A DNA stretch of 64,000 nucleotides, from contig NC_134472.1 in the NCBI RefSeq assembly GCF_964194025.1, positions 7,874,001 through 7,938,000 on the forward strand, read 5' to 3'. Origin of the DNA: Convolutriloba macropyga. Lineage: Eukaryota. Positions 21,901 through 32,372 of this stretch are shown piece after piece (within the stretch, counting starts at the first letter, position 1; every line of letters starts with the position of its first letter). The notes below the pieces were generated by a model that saw only the letters and a list, made by a program, of their open reading frames with translations, did not search any database and was not told the origin of the DNA. The translations under genes were made by a program, and so were the position numbers.

Positions 21901-23193
21901 AACAAATCCGTTAAGAAGAGCAGCCGCATTGCTCAGTTTACTCCGTTTATTGGACCTCATGGTCTCATCCGTTCCTCTGGTCGACTCCGACGGCTAGTGG
22001 AAATCGACTTTGACACTAAGCATCCTATCGTGCTGGATGCGCGTCATTCTTTTGTTAAACTGTTTCTGCGGCATACTCATTTGAAGAACCATCATCAGGG
22101 CATCGATTACTTAAGGTCAAAGGTACAAGAACGTTATGCCATCCTAAAACTACGTTCCACACTACGTTCCATCAAATCAAACTGCGTTTTGTGTAGAAAG
22201 TTCCGTGCAGCAACCATTCAACCTATCATGGCAGACCTCCCAAAGGAGAGACTCGCATACCAGTCTCCTCCCTTTACCAACACCGGGGTTGATTACTTCG
22301 GCCCATTCTACGTCACAGTTCGTCGGACTACCGAGAAGAGGTGGGGATTCCTCTTCACTTGTCTCACTACTCGTGCTGTCCATGTTGAAGTTGTCCCGTC
22401 CATGGACACTAGTTCTTGTGTAATGGGAGTGGAGCGGTTCGTCTCCCGTCGGGGTACTCCTGCTATGATTTGGTCGGATAATGGTACGAACTTCATTGGA
22501 GCGGAGAAAGAGCTCCGTGAATGTGTGGAAAAATGGAATACGCTTAACATCGCTGCCGAACTTGCACATAAGGGCATTAAGTGGAGGTTCAATCCACCCA
22601 GTGCGCCACACCAAGGTGGCATCTGGGAGAGGTTAGTTCGGAGTTTTAAAAGAGTACTGTACACTATCCTCGGTACGCGTCGCCTCACAGATGAGGTGTT
22701 GGACACTACTTTTTGTCTGGTCGAGTACGCACTAAACTCACGTCCCTTAACGCCCGTAAGCGCCGACCCGTCTGACCTAGGCGCAATAACACCCAATCAT
22801 TTTCTACTCGGTAACCAAGCAACCAGAATTCCGTCTATCGTTGGCGTCGACGAGTTCGACCATCGTAAGCGATACGCCCGTGCACAGTCATACGCCAATG
22901 CAATTTGGGCACGTTGGCTCAAGGAGTATGTACCTGCGCTGAACCGTAGATCTAAGTGGCAGAGGCCTGCCGAGCAGCACCTCAAGGTCGGTGATTTAGT
23001 TTGGATCGTTGAAGAAAGCAACCCTAGGGGTTACTATCCAACTGCTCGGATTGAAGAACTTCGGTACGGCTCCAACAGCGTCGCCCGCTCCGCCGTTTTA
23101 CGCACGTCGTCCGGATCGCTCGTCCGCCCACTCGTTAAGCTTGTACCAATCCTCCCAACATTTTCTTCCGGGCCGGAGGATGTTACCGAGTAA
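18913..23193 (+). CDS. pol: BEL/Pao Pol: Cys/His knuckles, aspartic protease, RT, RNase H, DDE integrase
   Basis: About 1425-aa open frame: CIVCKGIHRIWEC, CFSCLREKHMFRQC, LCDTAC, WYLPHHPV, ADIEGMFLQV, YMDD, FGDSS, TVPKLELQAA, HLKNHH..CVLC, GVDYFG, SDNG, IWERL; the stop codon lies inside the 3' LTR. Confidence 0.96.
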   Translation, partial: RCIVCKGIHRIWECRVFKEKSPTQRAKVVAEAKLCFSCLREKHMFRQCPNPRKCRKDGCNSSHNTLLHGAERVYPSKSPPNGNNSNSNAGANQSKLPSVQSSSKTTTLSSVSNVKGLLQVTELQLKSSSGKDTTALVLCDTACSNSWVSNDLANRLGLHGTALKLTVKGINTEEVVDTKLVELIVTPRDNQAFEPFKVNPYVKEDLNVGADVINIKALQETYPHLAVLDPITYCYGNIEMILGQDVYHAIRPLEYFAADEKSSPFAVRLPIGWVLSGPLPSSSGLVSTCFKANLEQDFELASQVKSWYDMESYGALKQVDPRSASDARAHEILENTTVHNGKRYDVGMLWAEDNIELPNNYFSALVQLKSLEKRLTKDQTLREKYSNTIKEDLDKGYVVRVKDAHKVESRSEREWYLPHHPVVNPNKPGKVRRVLNGAAKFHGASLNKSLLTGPDLLQNLIYVLLRFRQHPFAVSADIEGMFLQVGVLPCDQPSLRFLWREDPTSNVVVHQYTRHIFGAKDSPTCANYALQRTARDNAKEYPEAAKAVLENFYMDDYLDSVESPERALIRSKELVHLLHLGGFKLTKFVSNVPDLADRIDGSAQSTEPKVIVSSKEESMHVLGLKWDHNNDTLVVSRGTNSTITKSLTQRLVLSLVSKVYDPIGLVAPFTVGARLILKDIWRVNGQSWDDELPKDTVDRFLAWCIELPRLAEITIPRSYFSGPFQHLELHMFGDSSQDVFSAVGFLRAQVTCTSGEIITELAFVLGKARVAPMKVMTVPKLELQAALLAARLKREICRALTVTVDKVFMWTDSTIVLQWINSTNKHPIFIANRVSEILENTSVDQWNHVATCDNPADAGTRGMSAEVLQSSSWVRGPDFLRTKQFPFVPNTDVVDNIKLGVVTNEQDDDSISSLAASVTNSLKEQSINLIPFDKFSSYQKLLRVTAYVLRLLPSHESYRTVDGSIADPVELDEAERHLQYLVQGESFSTERKDLLDNKSVKKSSRIAQFTPFIGPHGLIRSSGRLRRLVEIDFDTKHPIVLDARHSFVKLFLRHTHLKNHHQGIDYLRSKVQERYAILKLRSTLRSIKSNCVLCRKFRAATIQPIMADLPKERLAYQSPPFTNTGVDYFGPFYVTVRRTTEKRWGFLFTCLTTRAVHVEVVPSMDTSSCVMGVERFVSRRGTPAMIWSDNGTNFIGAEKELRECVEKWNTLNIAAELAHKGIKWRFNPPSAPHQGGIWERLVRSFKRVLYTILGTRRLTDEVLDTTFCLVEYALNSRPLTPVSADPSDLGAITPNHFLLGNQATRIPSIVGVDEFDHRKRYARAQSYANAIWARWLKEYVPALNRRSKWQRPAEQHLKVGDLVWIVEESNPRGYYPTARIEELRYGSNSVARSAVLRTSSGSLVRPLVKLVPILPTFSSGPEDVTE
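23170..23180 (+). promoter_or_regulatory. Polypurine tract
   Basis: GGGCCGGAGGA immediately before the 3' LTR TG. Confidence 0.75.
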
Positions 23194-23575
23194 ACTAAAT
23201 GAGCAACGCGCTATTTAAATAAAGCAGCGAGATAAGTTTATTACGTCATTTTATTCGCGTTCGCTTTACAGAATGCGTGCAAAGCACAGAAAAAGTTCGT
23301 TAAACATAATTTTCGTTGAGCCTACTAATATACTGAATCGATTGCGCTCTTTTTAGGCTTAATATTTTTATGTTACAAAAACGTATCGGTGACCAATCTG
23401 AGCCGAAAATCGGCTCAGACAAAATACCTGCTAGCAAAATACAGATAGATTTGCCGGGCCATTGAGATGTGTTTTTTTGCCTTGATACGTTTAAAAAATA
23501 CAGTTGCTTACTCGACTTTATCGTGGTTTACTAGAGAATTGAAAACGTTCCGATAGACTGTATTCAACAGCTTTA
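23181..23575 (+). repeat. 3' LTR (395 bp)
   Basis: Copy of 12483-12877, followed by TSD CCAAT. Confidence 0.96.
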
Positions 23576-24239
23576 CCAATCCTGGACAGCATTTTCACTT
23601 CTCATCAAGGTCCTAGCACTTACATTTGTTTCAGATTGGCTACCTTTAGAAACGGCGTCCAGCAATTCAAATTCTTGCAGAGTTGCCTCTGCCAACCGTT
23701 TCTTGTTGTTTTCCTCCAGTTCATCTATTTCCATTTGTTTTTTCTGTTTAGCCAGGCGAATGGCTGCCTCATTCTGTTTTTCGATCTCTTCGCGCTTCAT
23801 TTTAGCAATTACGTAATCATGTTTACGCTGACTAGATGTTTTTGAAGAGGCCATAAGTGAGGGAAGTCTAGAACTAAACTCTGGAAATCCTTGGTTCCTG
23901 GAACTCACTCACTTCATCATCAGCAGTGTTGATGTAGTTTCCTGTTGACGTGAGTATCTTGTCGTTCCTAGTTTTCATTGCCTCTAAGTAAGACTCTAAT
24001 GAAGGAACAAGTGCACTTCAATCCTCCGTTTTTCCAGCAAATGCAATCAGGTCCTAATTTTTGTCTACAACAGTCATAAATGCTTCGTTGCACTTTGTTA
24101 CTAGGCGTTCAACTTTCAATCGCCTACTTTGACTATTTATACAATGAAGAATATCTTCATGTATAGCATGCAATTCAGCTTCACGCTTTGACCTGGCAGC
24201 GTACAACTTTTTGTCTTTTTGATCAAGACTATTAGACAT
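23576..24239 (-). pseudogene. N-terminal gag remnant of the old BEL/Pao element
   Basis: MSNSLDQKDKKLYAARSKREAEL...ERLVTKCNEAFMTVVDKN and KREEIEKQNEA...AVQDW align to the young Gag (LQDKFNKLYRARAKLEAEL...ERLIVKCKDAFTRVVDKN...LVQDW). Confidence 0.9.
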
Positions 24240-24660
24240 CGTGATGTTACTATTTCCAATGACCAGCAAAACTACCACTGTTAACGGTTATCTATTATAT
24301 GCACACTACAAACAAACCAAACCCACGCAAATTAAACCCAACGCAAAAGACACCAAACACAGCACACTGTAGACAGTCTGTAAAACAAACCGCCCAAAGA
24401 GCAGAAAATGTCGTCGAGCACACAGTGCCCGACAAAAACAGAAGTGGAGCGCTGAACGCTATGCGCTCAAAGCAGAGGGAGACAAGGGACACACGGGAAG
24501 TCGAGCGAGCAACGCGCGACGCGACAAAAACGGGACGTACGGCAAAGCGAGCGAAAAACGCGCAACGAAACGAAATGGGACGGTGGGAAAAGACGGGCGG
24601 GAAGTGAGGTCGGAAAGAACTATGTTAGCAGACCACAGCAAAAACTCAACCAAACAACCT

Positions 24661-25173
24661 AGCCGTAACTCCAGAATAAACTTAAGTCACACCCTAGGGA
24701 GAGAAGCTACTGCAAGACAATCTAGCATAGTTCATTATGGGGCCTAATAAAGCAACAAATTAATTTACGGCTATGCAGTAGTACACTAAAAGGATGAAAA
24801 ATTCGAGAAATTTACTAGCCGTAACTCCAGAATAAACTTAAGTCACATCCTAGCAAAGCCCAAACCACAACAAACAATCAGCATACTAATGGCATTGAAC
24901 AAACTGCAGCAAAATTGAATAAATTACAATAGTGTATTTGTAGACTAAGACAGTTGGAAAAGTCGAGAAACAATCCAGCCTCAACTCGAGAATATACTTA
25001 AGTCACATCCTAGAAGGCAACGAGACCAAACCAACGAGCAATCATACAGGTACACACAAACATACAGCAGCAAAATCAATATACTACAACAAAAGGGCTA
25101 GTAAATCAGTTAAGTTAAAAAGTCAAAGGACATTCCAGCCGTAACTCGAGAATAAACTTAAGTCACACCCTAG
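24661..25173 (-). repeat. Array of four 37-bp hairpin repeats (24661-24697, 24817-24853, 24977-25013, 25137-25173) in the old element leader
   Basis: Reverse complement of the 14836-15188 motif; periods 156, 160 and 160 bp. Confidence 0.92.
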
Positions 25174-25888
25174 AAAGCTATGAGACCTAAACAACAAACC
25201 AGCATACTAGCATACTCAACATACTACAGCAAAAACAACAACATACTTTATCACATTTGACATTCTACATCGAAATCCGGGAAAGTAGCGGATGAAAACG
25301 GAAAGCTAAGTTTTGGGAGAGCGAAGTTATTGAAAAACAGAACGCGGAGATTTGAAAAGTTAAAGGACGAAAAGGACGCAGACAAAAAACGGTACATAAA
25401 CGAGCGATGATAAAAATTATGGGAAAATTTTCACAACTTTTTCTCTGTATCGGGTTTCACTCAATTAACGAACCTTCTGAACCTTCTTGTTGGAAAATTT
25501 GATTTATTGACAAATTTGTCAAAATTTTAAGCTTTTGTCAAATTTTTTTCTATTTTGTTGGTCAATTTATTGCAACTTCTTGAATACGGAACGGTAATCC
25601 AGTAAACTGGACGGTTTTATGACTGAAAGTACGGTTTATCAATATTCGTTATTGATTTTCTATGTTTTTGAATTGCGAAAAAAATTGACCAAAATTTTGC
25701 AAAATCGAGCAATTTAGTATAATATTCTATCAATTTTCCCTATATCAGCAGTTATTTTTTGATATATGAACCTACTATATCAATTTTCTCGAATTTTTGG
25801 TAAAACTACCAAAAATTTTCAAAATTGATGATTTTTGTCTTAAAAATAATGATATGTGTGGTTTGATGGTGACAGGTTATCTAAATAT

Positions 25889-26106
25889 CGGAATTCTTAA
25901 GATTTTCGCGATGAAAATCGCGGAGTTCCCAATTTAAGATTGCCGCGTTGAAAATCACGGAATTCTTAAGATTTCCGCGTCGAAAATCACGGAATTCTTA
26001 ATTTAAGATTTCCTCGTTGAAAATCACGGAATTCTTAATATTTCCGCGTCGAAAATCTTGGAATTCTTAATTCAAGATTTCCGCGTTGAAAAACACGGAA
26101 TTCTTA
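25889..26106. repeat. Minisatellite, alternating 31/36-bp units, about 6.5 copies, in the old element leader
   Basis: Unit CGGAATTCTTAA(TTTAA)GATTTCCGCGTYGAAAATCA. Confidence 0.9.
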
Positions 26107-26751
26107 TTTTTTTTGATCTGATACCGTTCATTTTTTGATAACTCTATATGCCTGGTTTAAAATTAGGCAAATTAGGGGTTGGAGTTTGCCGTCTAAATGC
26201 AAAATATTAATTCAAGACATCAAAAAACGTTTTTGAAGAGTCTTACAGTTTTGAAGTTCAACATACATCCTGAACAACTGTCACAAATAGACCTCCCAGC
26301 TTCATCTCCACTGTGTGCGCACCCTCCATTGTTATGCGCCATCCCTGCATAGAAGAACATCCGCATCTGAGCTTTGAAGACCCGTGGGTTGACGAAATCT
26401 TTGTGGTCACCGGTTTTGATAAAGTTTGACCCATTAGAAGGGTCACCGAACACACACACAGACACTGCTACTACTTCTACTGTTACGTCCGACTTGCTTT
26501 TTCTAGCCAATCACTAGATGTACGTGTGATACAACAGAATATCAAGTTTGACACCCGATCTTTCGAAAAATACAACGTCATTTTTTAAACCACATCATAA
26601 CGTCTTGCCTTGGGATTAACTGGATAATAACATAGACCAGAATAAACAAGATCTCGTTCACTTTTTGGACTTCCAACGCTTCTGGTAGTAACTTCCACGG
26701 CAGGATATGACCGATTTTAAATAATATTCGTAGATTGAGAACGGCACCATG

Positions 26752-26769
26752 TCCCGGGTCGCGGCACCA
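26752..26769 (-). promoter_or_regulatory. PBS of the old element, tRNA-His-like
   Basis: Minus strand TGGTGCCGCGACCCGGGA matches 14/18 the complement of the typical animal tRNA-His 3' end (TGGTGCCGTGACTCGGAT). Confidence 0.8.
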
Positions 26770-26771
26770 AG

Positions 26772-26907
26772 TAAACTCAGTAAAAGAACTGTAGTCCGAT
26801 ATTTTGAATTGATTCACGTAAGCTCCTTTATTATAGCAACAACGTGTAAGCATCAAGTAACGTAATAGCTGTAAAACGTACAAGCATTAACGATGATCAT
26901 AGCAACA
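26772..26907 (-). repeat. Probable 5' LTR remnant of the old element
   Basis: Abuts the PBS, ends ...GAGTTTA on the minus strand and contains AATAAA; outer boundary uncertain and no partner LTR found. Confidence 0.55.
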
Positions 26908-26912
26908 TCAAG

Positions 26913-29900
26913 TTCTAAGCAACAAGTGAAACTTAGATGGCAAGATTTTTTGATACTCATTTAACAGGTTTTTGTCTGATGTTATTGACGTCAAAATCAG
27001 TTCGTATTCAATCGGCAATTGTCTAGAAAACCTAAAAACATTAAGACAAAAACCAGCTTATTCGATACATATAGTGGTTAGATGAATGGATATTTACTTA
27101 AAATTAGGTTAAATGAACTTTTTCGGAACTTTCTACGTATATTAGAACGTTTTATCCGCATTTTAATTCGTATTTAAATACTCGATTCTGATTGGCTAAA
27201 ATTCGTTCATTTACTACGTAACACTTTCGTCTATATCTGGAACCTTTGCGTGTTTCAGGAGATCAAAAAGTTTTGCGCTCCTTCTCTTTGCAGGTAAATA
27301 ATGACTGCCATTTTATCTTTGAACAGCTGAATCAAGTTGATCAGCTGGCTGGAGCTACAGGCTGTGTTGTTGTTCTTCTTGTTCTTGCTGACATAATTGC
27401 TGATTACGTAGTGCCTTAGAATAATAGTCACCTAAAACTTGATCCTCGTTTAATTAAATCTTTCATAAAAATCAACTTGTTTGCTTTAGCTGGGTTCATG
27501 ATATGTCCTCGAACAGCAAACGCTGATTTACAATCGCCAAGTACTTGTCGCAGAATTTTGAATTCGTTCAAATATTGTCCAGAGAACTTGCACTAACATA
27601 GAACACCACATCAGTACCTCTCTCTAAAAATTGTTCACCAGAACAGACACCCAAGATACCCGGATTTTCATTGTCAGCTATTTTATAAGTTTATCACAAC
27701 AATTATCACAACAACAAGTTTAACACATATCACTATTGTTATCGTTGCTTTATTACATTGCTAAAAAATCGTTCTGAATTTATTACATTTAACTTTGAGG
27801 GAATTAAATTCATTTTAAGGTGATAACCAAATATTGTTTACATGTCTCCCTCTGAAGAAAGCAGTACGAAGCGCAGAACTGATACCTTCAGCTGTAGGAG
27901 GTTGTTAAGTCAAACTGTCTCAGGGCCAACAGTTGTTGCCATAAAATACAATACTTCATTTTTTCTTTAATTTTATACAGCTCATCTATATAGTTCTTGT
28001 GATGTTCATCAATTTCGTTGCTGACAAAGTATGAGCAATATCAAATAATTTTCTTAATTCTCAATATCTCCAAAATTCTACAACCCGCAGAAAATATTGA
28101 ATTCTTAACTTTGATCTCCGACCTCAACTCGAATAAATTGTTGATTATCTGAACTGATCGAATTCAGAACTAATTTGAGAAATTTTTATGAAAATTTAGT
28201 TAAATGGACGTCAATTGCTGCCAAACTCTGCTTTTATGAAGGCTTTGGCTTCACGCGAAATCCAGAGAAGTAAAGTAATTTTTGCTATCGGGTGTCTTCA
28301 AAAATGTCTTAAGTATTCTTATATCGTCAAAAAAGAAAAATACAACTCTGCTTGATAAAATTCGTCAGTATTTGGAGCATTTCTAAATTTTTTTCCAAAT
28401 TTTTGTTTTCAAAAATCTAAATTGCAAAAATCTTGATCTTGATCATCGAAAACTTTTCAACGAGACTTTGCCATCTTTTCGTGATGCTGTTGTGTCGAAT
28501 ATGAAAATTAAGGAGCACAAAACGGCTAATGAGCCAATGCAGTTTCTGATTAACGGTCTGCTTGAAAATACAAATTCTTTAACACACTTATAGAGTCTGA
28601 CCCGAAGCTTCTTGACGAGCTTATCAGTTTCATGGGTCTAAAATCAAACGGAAGCAAGACACCCTTGGAAAGTTCAAAAACCTTGCTAACAATGAGAGAC
28701 GCCTTTATTGACCATTTCTGATTACAACAAACAGTCCACATTTCATGGACGATTGTTTTGCACGCAGCCATTATCTTAAAAAATTTCGCATTCCGATGCA
28801 TATCAAAAAGTTCTTGACGCAATCCGATCGAGAATTGGAAAAGAAGATTCTATCAAAAGGAAACTCAGATGATCGATGAAAGCAAAAATAAAAATGATCT
28901 TCGAATCAGAAATATACAATTTTTCTACCAGAAAAACCTGGTGAAATTGAATGAATCGGTAAATTGACTAACAACGAATGCTAATTTTATACTTGTAAAT
29001 TGCCAATCTATCAATTGTCTTGAAAAACGTTAAAATTGCTGAAAGTAGTGCAGGTGGAAAAAGTTAGCTTACTATTCCTCCTTACGGACACTTGGCTTGA
29101 TAACCAGATCACAGACTTTGAAATATTTCCTGGTGGATCACACACTGTTATTTCACGCTCGGACAGAAAAAAGGTGGACATGGCGGAGTTTTATTAGCAG
29201 CATCATTTGCTATGTCGCATCTAGTACTTGATTTATCAGAAGACAGATACCCCCTTTTCTATGCAACAAGTGAAACTTAGACGGCAAGATATTTTGATGC
29301 TCATTTAACAGGTTTTTGTCTGATGTTATTGACGTCAAAATCAGTTCGTATTCAATCGGCAATTGTCTAGAAAACCTAAAAATATTAAGCCAAAACCAGC
29401 TTATTCGATACATATAGTGGTTATATTTACTTAAAATTAGGGTAAATGAACTTTTTCGGAACTTTCTACGTATATTAGAACGTTTTATACGTATTGAAAT
29501 TGGTATTCAAATACTCGATTCTGATTGGCTAAAATTTGTTCATTTACTACGTAACACTTTTGTCTATATCTAGAATCTTTGCGTTTTTCAGGAGATCAAA
29601 AAGTTTTGCGCTCCTTCTCTTTGCAGGTAAATAATGACTGCCATTTTATCTTTGAACTGCTGAATCAAGTTGATCAGCTGTTTGGATGCTGTGTTGTTGT
29701 TCTTCTTGTTCTTGCTGACATAATTGCTGATTACGTAGTGCCTTAGAATTAAAGTCACCTAAAACTTGATCCTCGTTTAATTAAATCTTTCATATAAATC
29801 AACTTGTTTGCTTTAGCTGGGTTCATGATAGATTGCAAACGCAGATTCACAATCGCCAAGTACTTGTTGCAGAATTTTGAATTCGTTCAAATTTTGTCCA

Positions 29901-32372
29901 GAGAACTTGCACTAACATAGAACACCACATCAGTACCTGTCTCTAAAAAGTGTTCACCAGAACAGACACCCAAGATACCCGGATTTTCATTGTCAGCTAT
30001 TTTATAAGTTTATCACAACAATTATCACAACAACAAGTTTAACACAAATCACTTTTGTTATCGGTGCTTTATTACATTGCTAAAAAATCGTTCTGAATGT
30101 ATTACTATTAACTTTGAGGGAATTAAATTCATTTTAAGGTGATAACCAAATATTGTTTACATGTCTCCCTCTGAAGAAAGCAGTACGAAGCGCAGAACTG
30201 ATACCTTCAGCTGTAGGAGGTTGTTAAGTCAAACTGTCTCAGGGCCAACAGTTGTTGCCATAAAATACAATACTTCATTTTTTCTTTAATTTTATACAGC
30301 TCATCTATATAGTTTTTGTGATGTTCATCAATTTCGTTGCCGACAAAGTATGAGCAATGTGAAATAATTTTCTTAATTCTCAATATCTCCAAAATTTTAG
30401 AACCCGCAGAAAAATTTGAATTCTCAACTTTGATCTCCGACCTCAACTCGAATAAATTGTTGATTATCTGAACTGATCGAATTCAGAACTAATTTGAGAA
30501 ATTTTTATGAAAATTTAGTTAAATGGACGTCAATTGCTGCCAAACTCTGCTTTTATGAAGGCTTTGGCTTGAAGTGAAATCCAGAGAAGTAAAGTAATTT
30601 TTGCTCTCGGATGTCTTCAAAAATGTCTAAAGTATTCTTATATCGTCAAAAAAGAAAAATACAACTCTGCTTGATAAAATTCGTCAGTATTTGGAGAATT
30701 TCTAAATTTATTTCCAAATTTTTGTTTCCAAAAATCTATATTGCAAAAATCTTGATCTTGATCATCGAAAAATTTTTATAGAGACTTTGCCATCTTTTCG
30801 TGATGCTGTTGTATCGAATATGAAAATTAAGGGGCACAAAACGGCTAATGAGCCAATGCAGTTTCTGATTAACGGTCTGCTTGAAAATACAAATTCTTTA
30901 ACACACTTATAGAGTCTGACCCGAAGCTTCTTGACGAGCTTATCAGTTTCATGGGTCTAAAATCAAACGGAAATATTGTGCTAGCAAGACGCCTGGGAAA
31001 GTTCAAAAACCCTGCTAACAATGAGAGACGCCTTTATTGACCATTTCTGATTACAACAAACAGTCCACATTTCATGGAAAATAGTTTTGCACGCAGCCAT
31101 TAACTAAAAGATTTTCGCATTCCAATGCATATCAAAAAGCTCTTGACGCAATCCCATCGAGAATTGGAAAAGAAGATTCTATCAAAAGGAAACTCAGATG
31201 ATCGATGAAAGCAAAAATAAAAATGATTTTCGAATCAGAAAAATACAATTTTTCTACCAGAAAAACCTGGTGAAATAGAATGAATCGGTAAATTGACTAA
31301 CAACGAATGCTAATTGTATACTTGTAAATTGCCAATCTATCAATTGTCTTGAAAAACGTTAAAATTGCTGAAAGTAGTGCAGGTGGAAAAAGTTAGCTTA
31401 CTATTCCTTACGGAAACTTGGCTTGATAACCAGATCACAGATTTTGAAATATTTCCTGGTGGATCACACACTGTTATTTCACGCTCGGACAGAAAAAAGG
31501 TGGACATGGCGGAGTTTTATTAGCAGCATCATCTGCTATGCCGCATCTAGTACTTGATTTATCAGAAGACAGTTACCCCTTTTCTATGCAAGAATTGAAA
31601 CTTAGACGGCAAGATTTTTTGATGCTAATTTAACAGGTTTTTGTCTGATGTTATTGACGTCAAAATCAGTTCGTATTCAATCAGCAATTGTCTAGAAAAC
31701 CTAGAAATATTAAGCCAAAACCAGCTTATTCGATACATATAGTGGTTATATTTACTTAAAATTAGGTTAAATGAACTTTTTCGGAACTTTCTACTTATAT
31801 TAGAACGTTTTATACGTATTTAAATTCGTATTTAAATACTTAGTCAAAATCAGTTTGTATTCAATCGGCAATTGTCTAGAAAACCTAAAAATATTAAGCC
31901 AAAACCAGCTTATTCGATACATATAGTGGTTATATTTACTTAAAATTAGGTTAAATGAACTTTTTCGGAACTTTCTACGTATATTAGAACGTTTTATACG
32001 TATTTAAATTCCTATTTAAATACTCGATTCTGATTGGCTAAAATTTGTTCATTTACTACGTAACACTTTCGTCTATATCTAGAATCTTTGCGATTTTCAG
32101 GAGATCAAAAAGTTTTGCGCTCCTTCTCTTTGCAGGTAAATAATGACTGCCATTTTATCTTTGAACTGCTGAATCAAGTTGATCAGCTGGCTGGAGCTAC
32201 AGGCTGTGTTGTTGATCTTCTTGTTCTTGCTGACATAATTGCTGATTACGTAGTGCCTTAGAACAAAAGTCACCTAAAACTTGATCCTCGTTTAACTAAA
32301 TCTTTCATATAAATCAACTTGTTTGCTTTAGCTGGGTTCATGATATGTCCTCGAACAGCAAACGCAGATTTA
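26913..32372. repeat. Tandem segmental duplication, about 2.3-kb unit (copies start at 26913, 29257 and 31582; third copy partial with an internal ~180-bp re-duplication)
   Basis: Highly similar blocks; each unit joins a degenerate minus-strand gene-like segment to the ORF1/endonuclease start of a + strand LINE. Confidence 0.9.

Larger units (their letters stand above)
12483..23575 (+). mobile_element. Full-length young BEL/Pao LTR retrotransposon (11.1 kb) with long cargo-bearing leader
   Basis: Two LTRs identical by eye, TSD CCAAT (12478-12482 and 23576-23580), PBS, PPT, gag-PR-RT-RH-IN order with BEL/Pao-type motifs. Confidence 0.97.
6295..26910 (-). mobile_element. Old, decayed BEL/Pao LTR retrotransposon, interrupted by the younger element at 12483-23575; 3' LTR missing, 5' LTR only a remnant
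   Basis: Fragmented gag-pol homologous to the young element; the frame AVQDW|INTS is restored when the insert and one TSD copy are removed; PBS at 26752-26769. Confidence 0.9.

Noticed and set aside
16444-23021. Short antisense and alternate-frame ORFs within gag-pol (and within the old pol)
   Set aside because: Shadow ORFs of the coding strand with no independent motifs
23193-23218. env gene in the BEL element
   Set aside because: pol runs directly into the 3' LTR, leaving no room for env
24299-24607. Antisense ORF in the old leader as an orthologue of the ZnF ORF
   Set aside because: Lacks the zinc fingers and GGFG repeats, and the reading frame is not conserved
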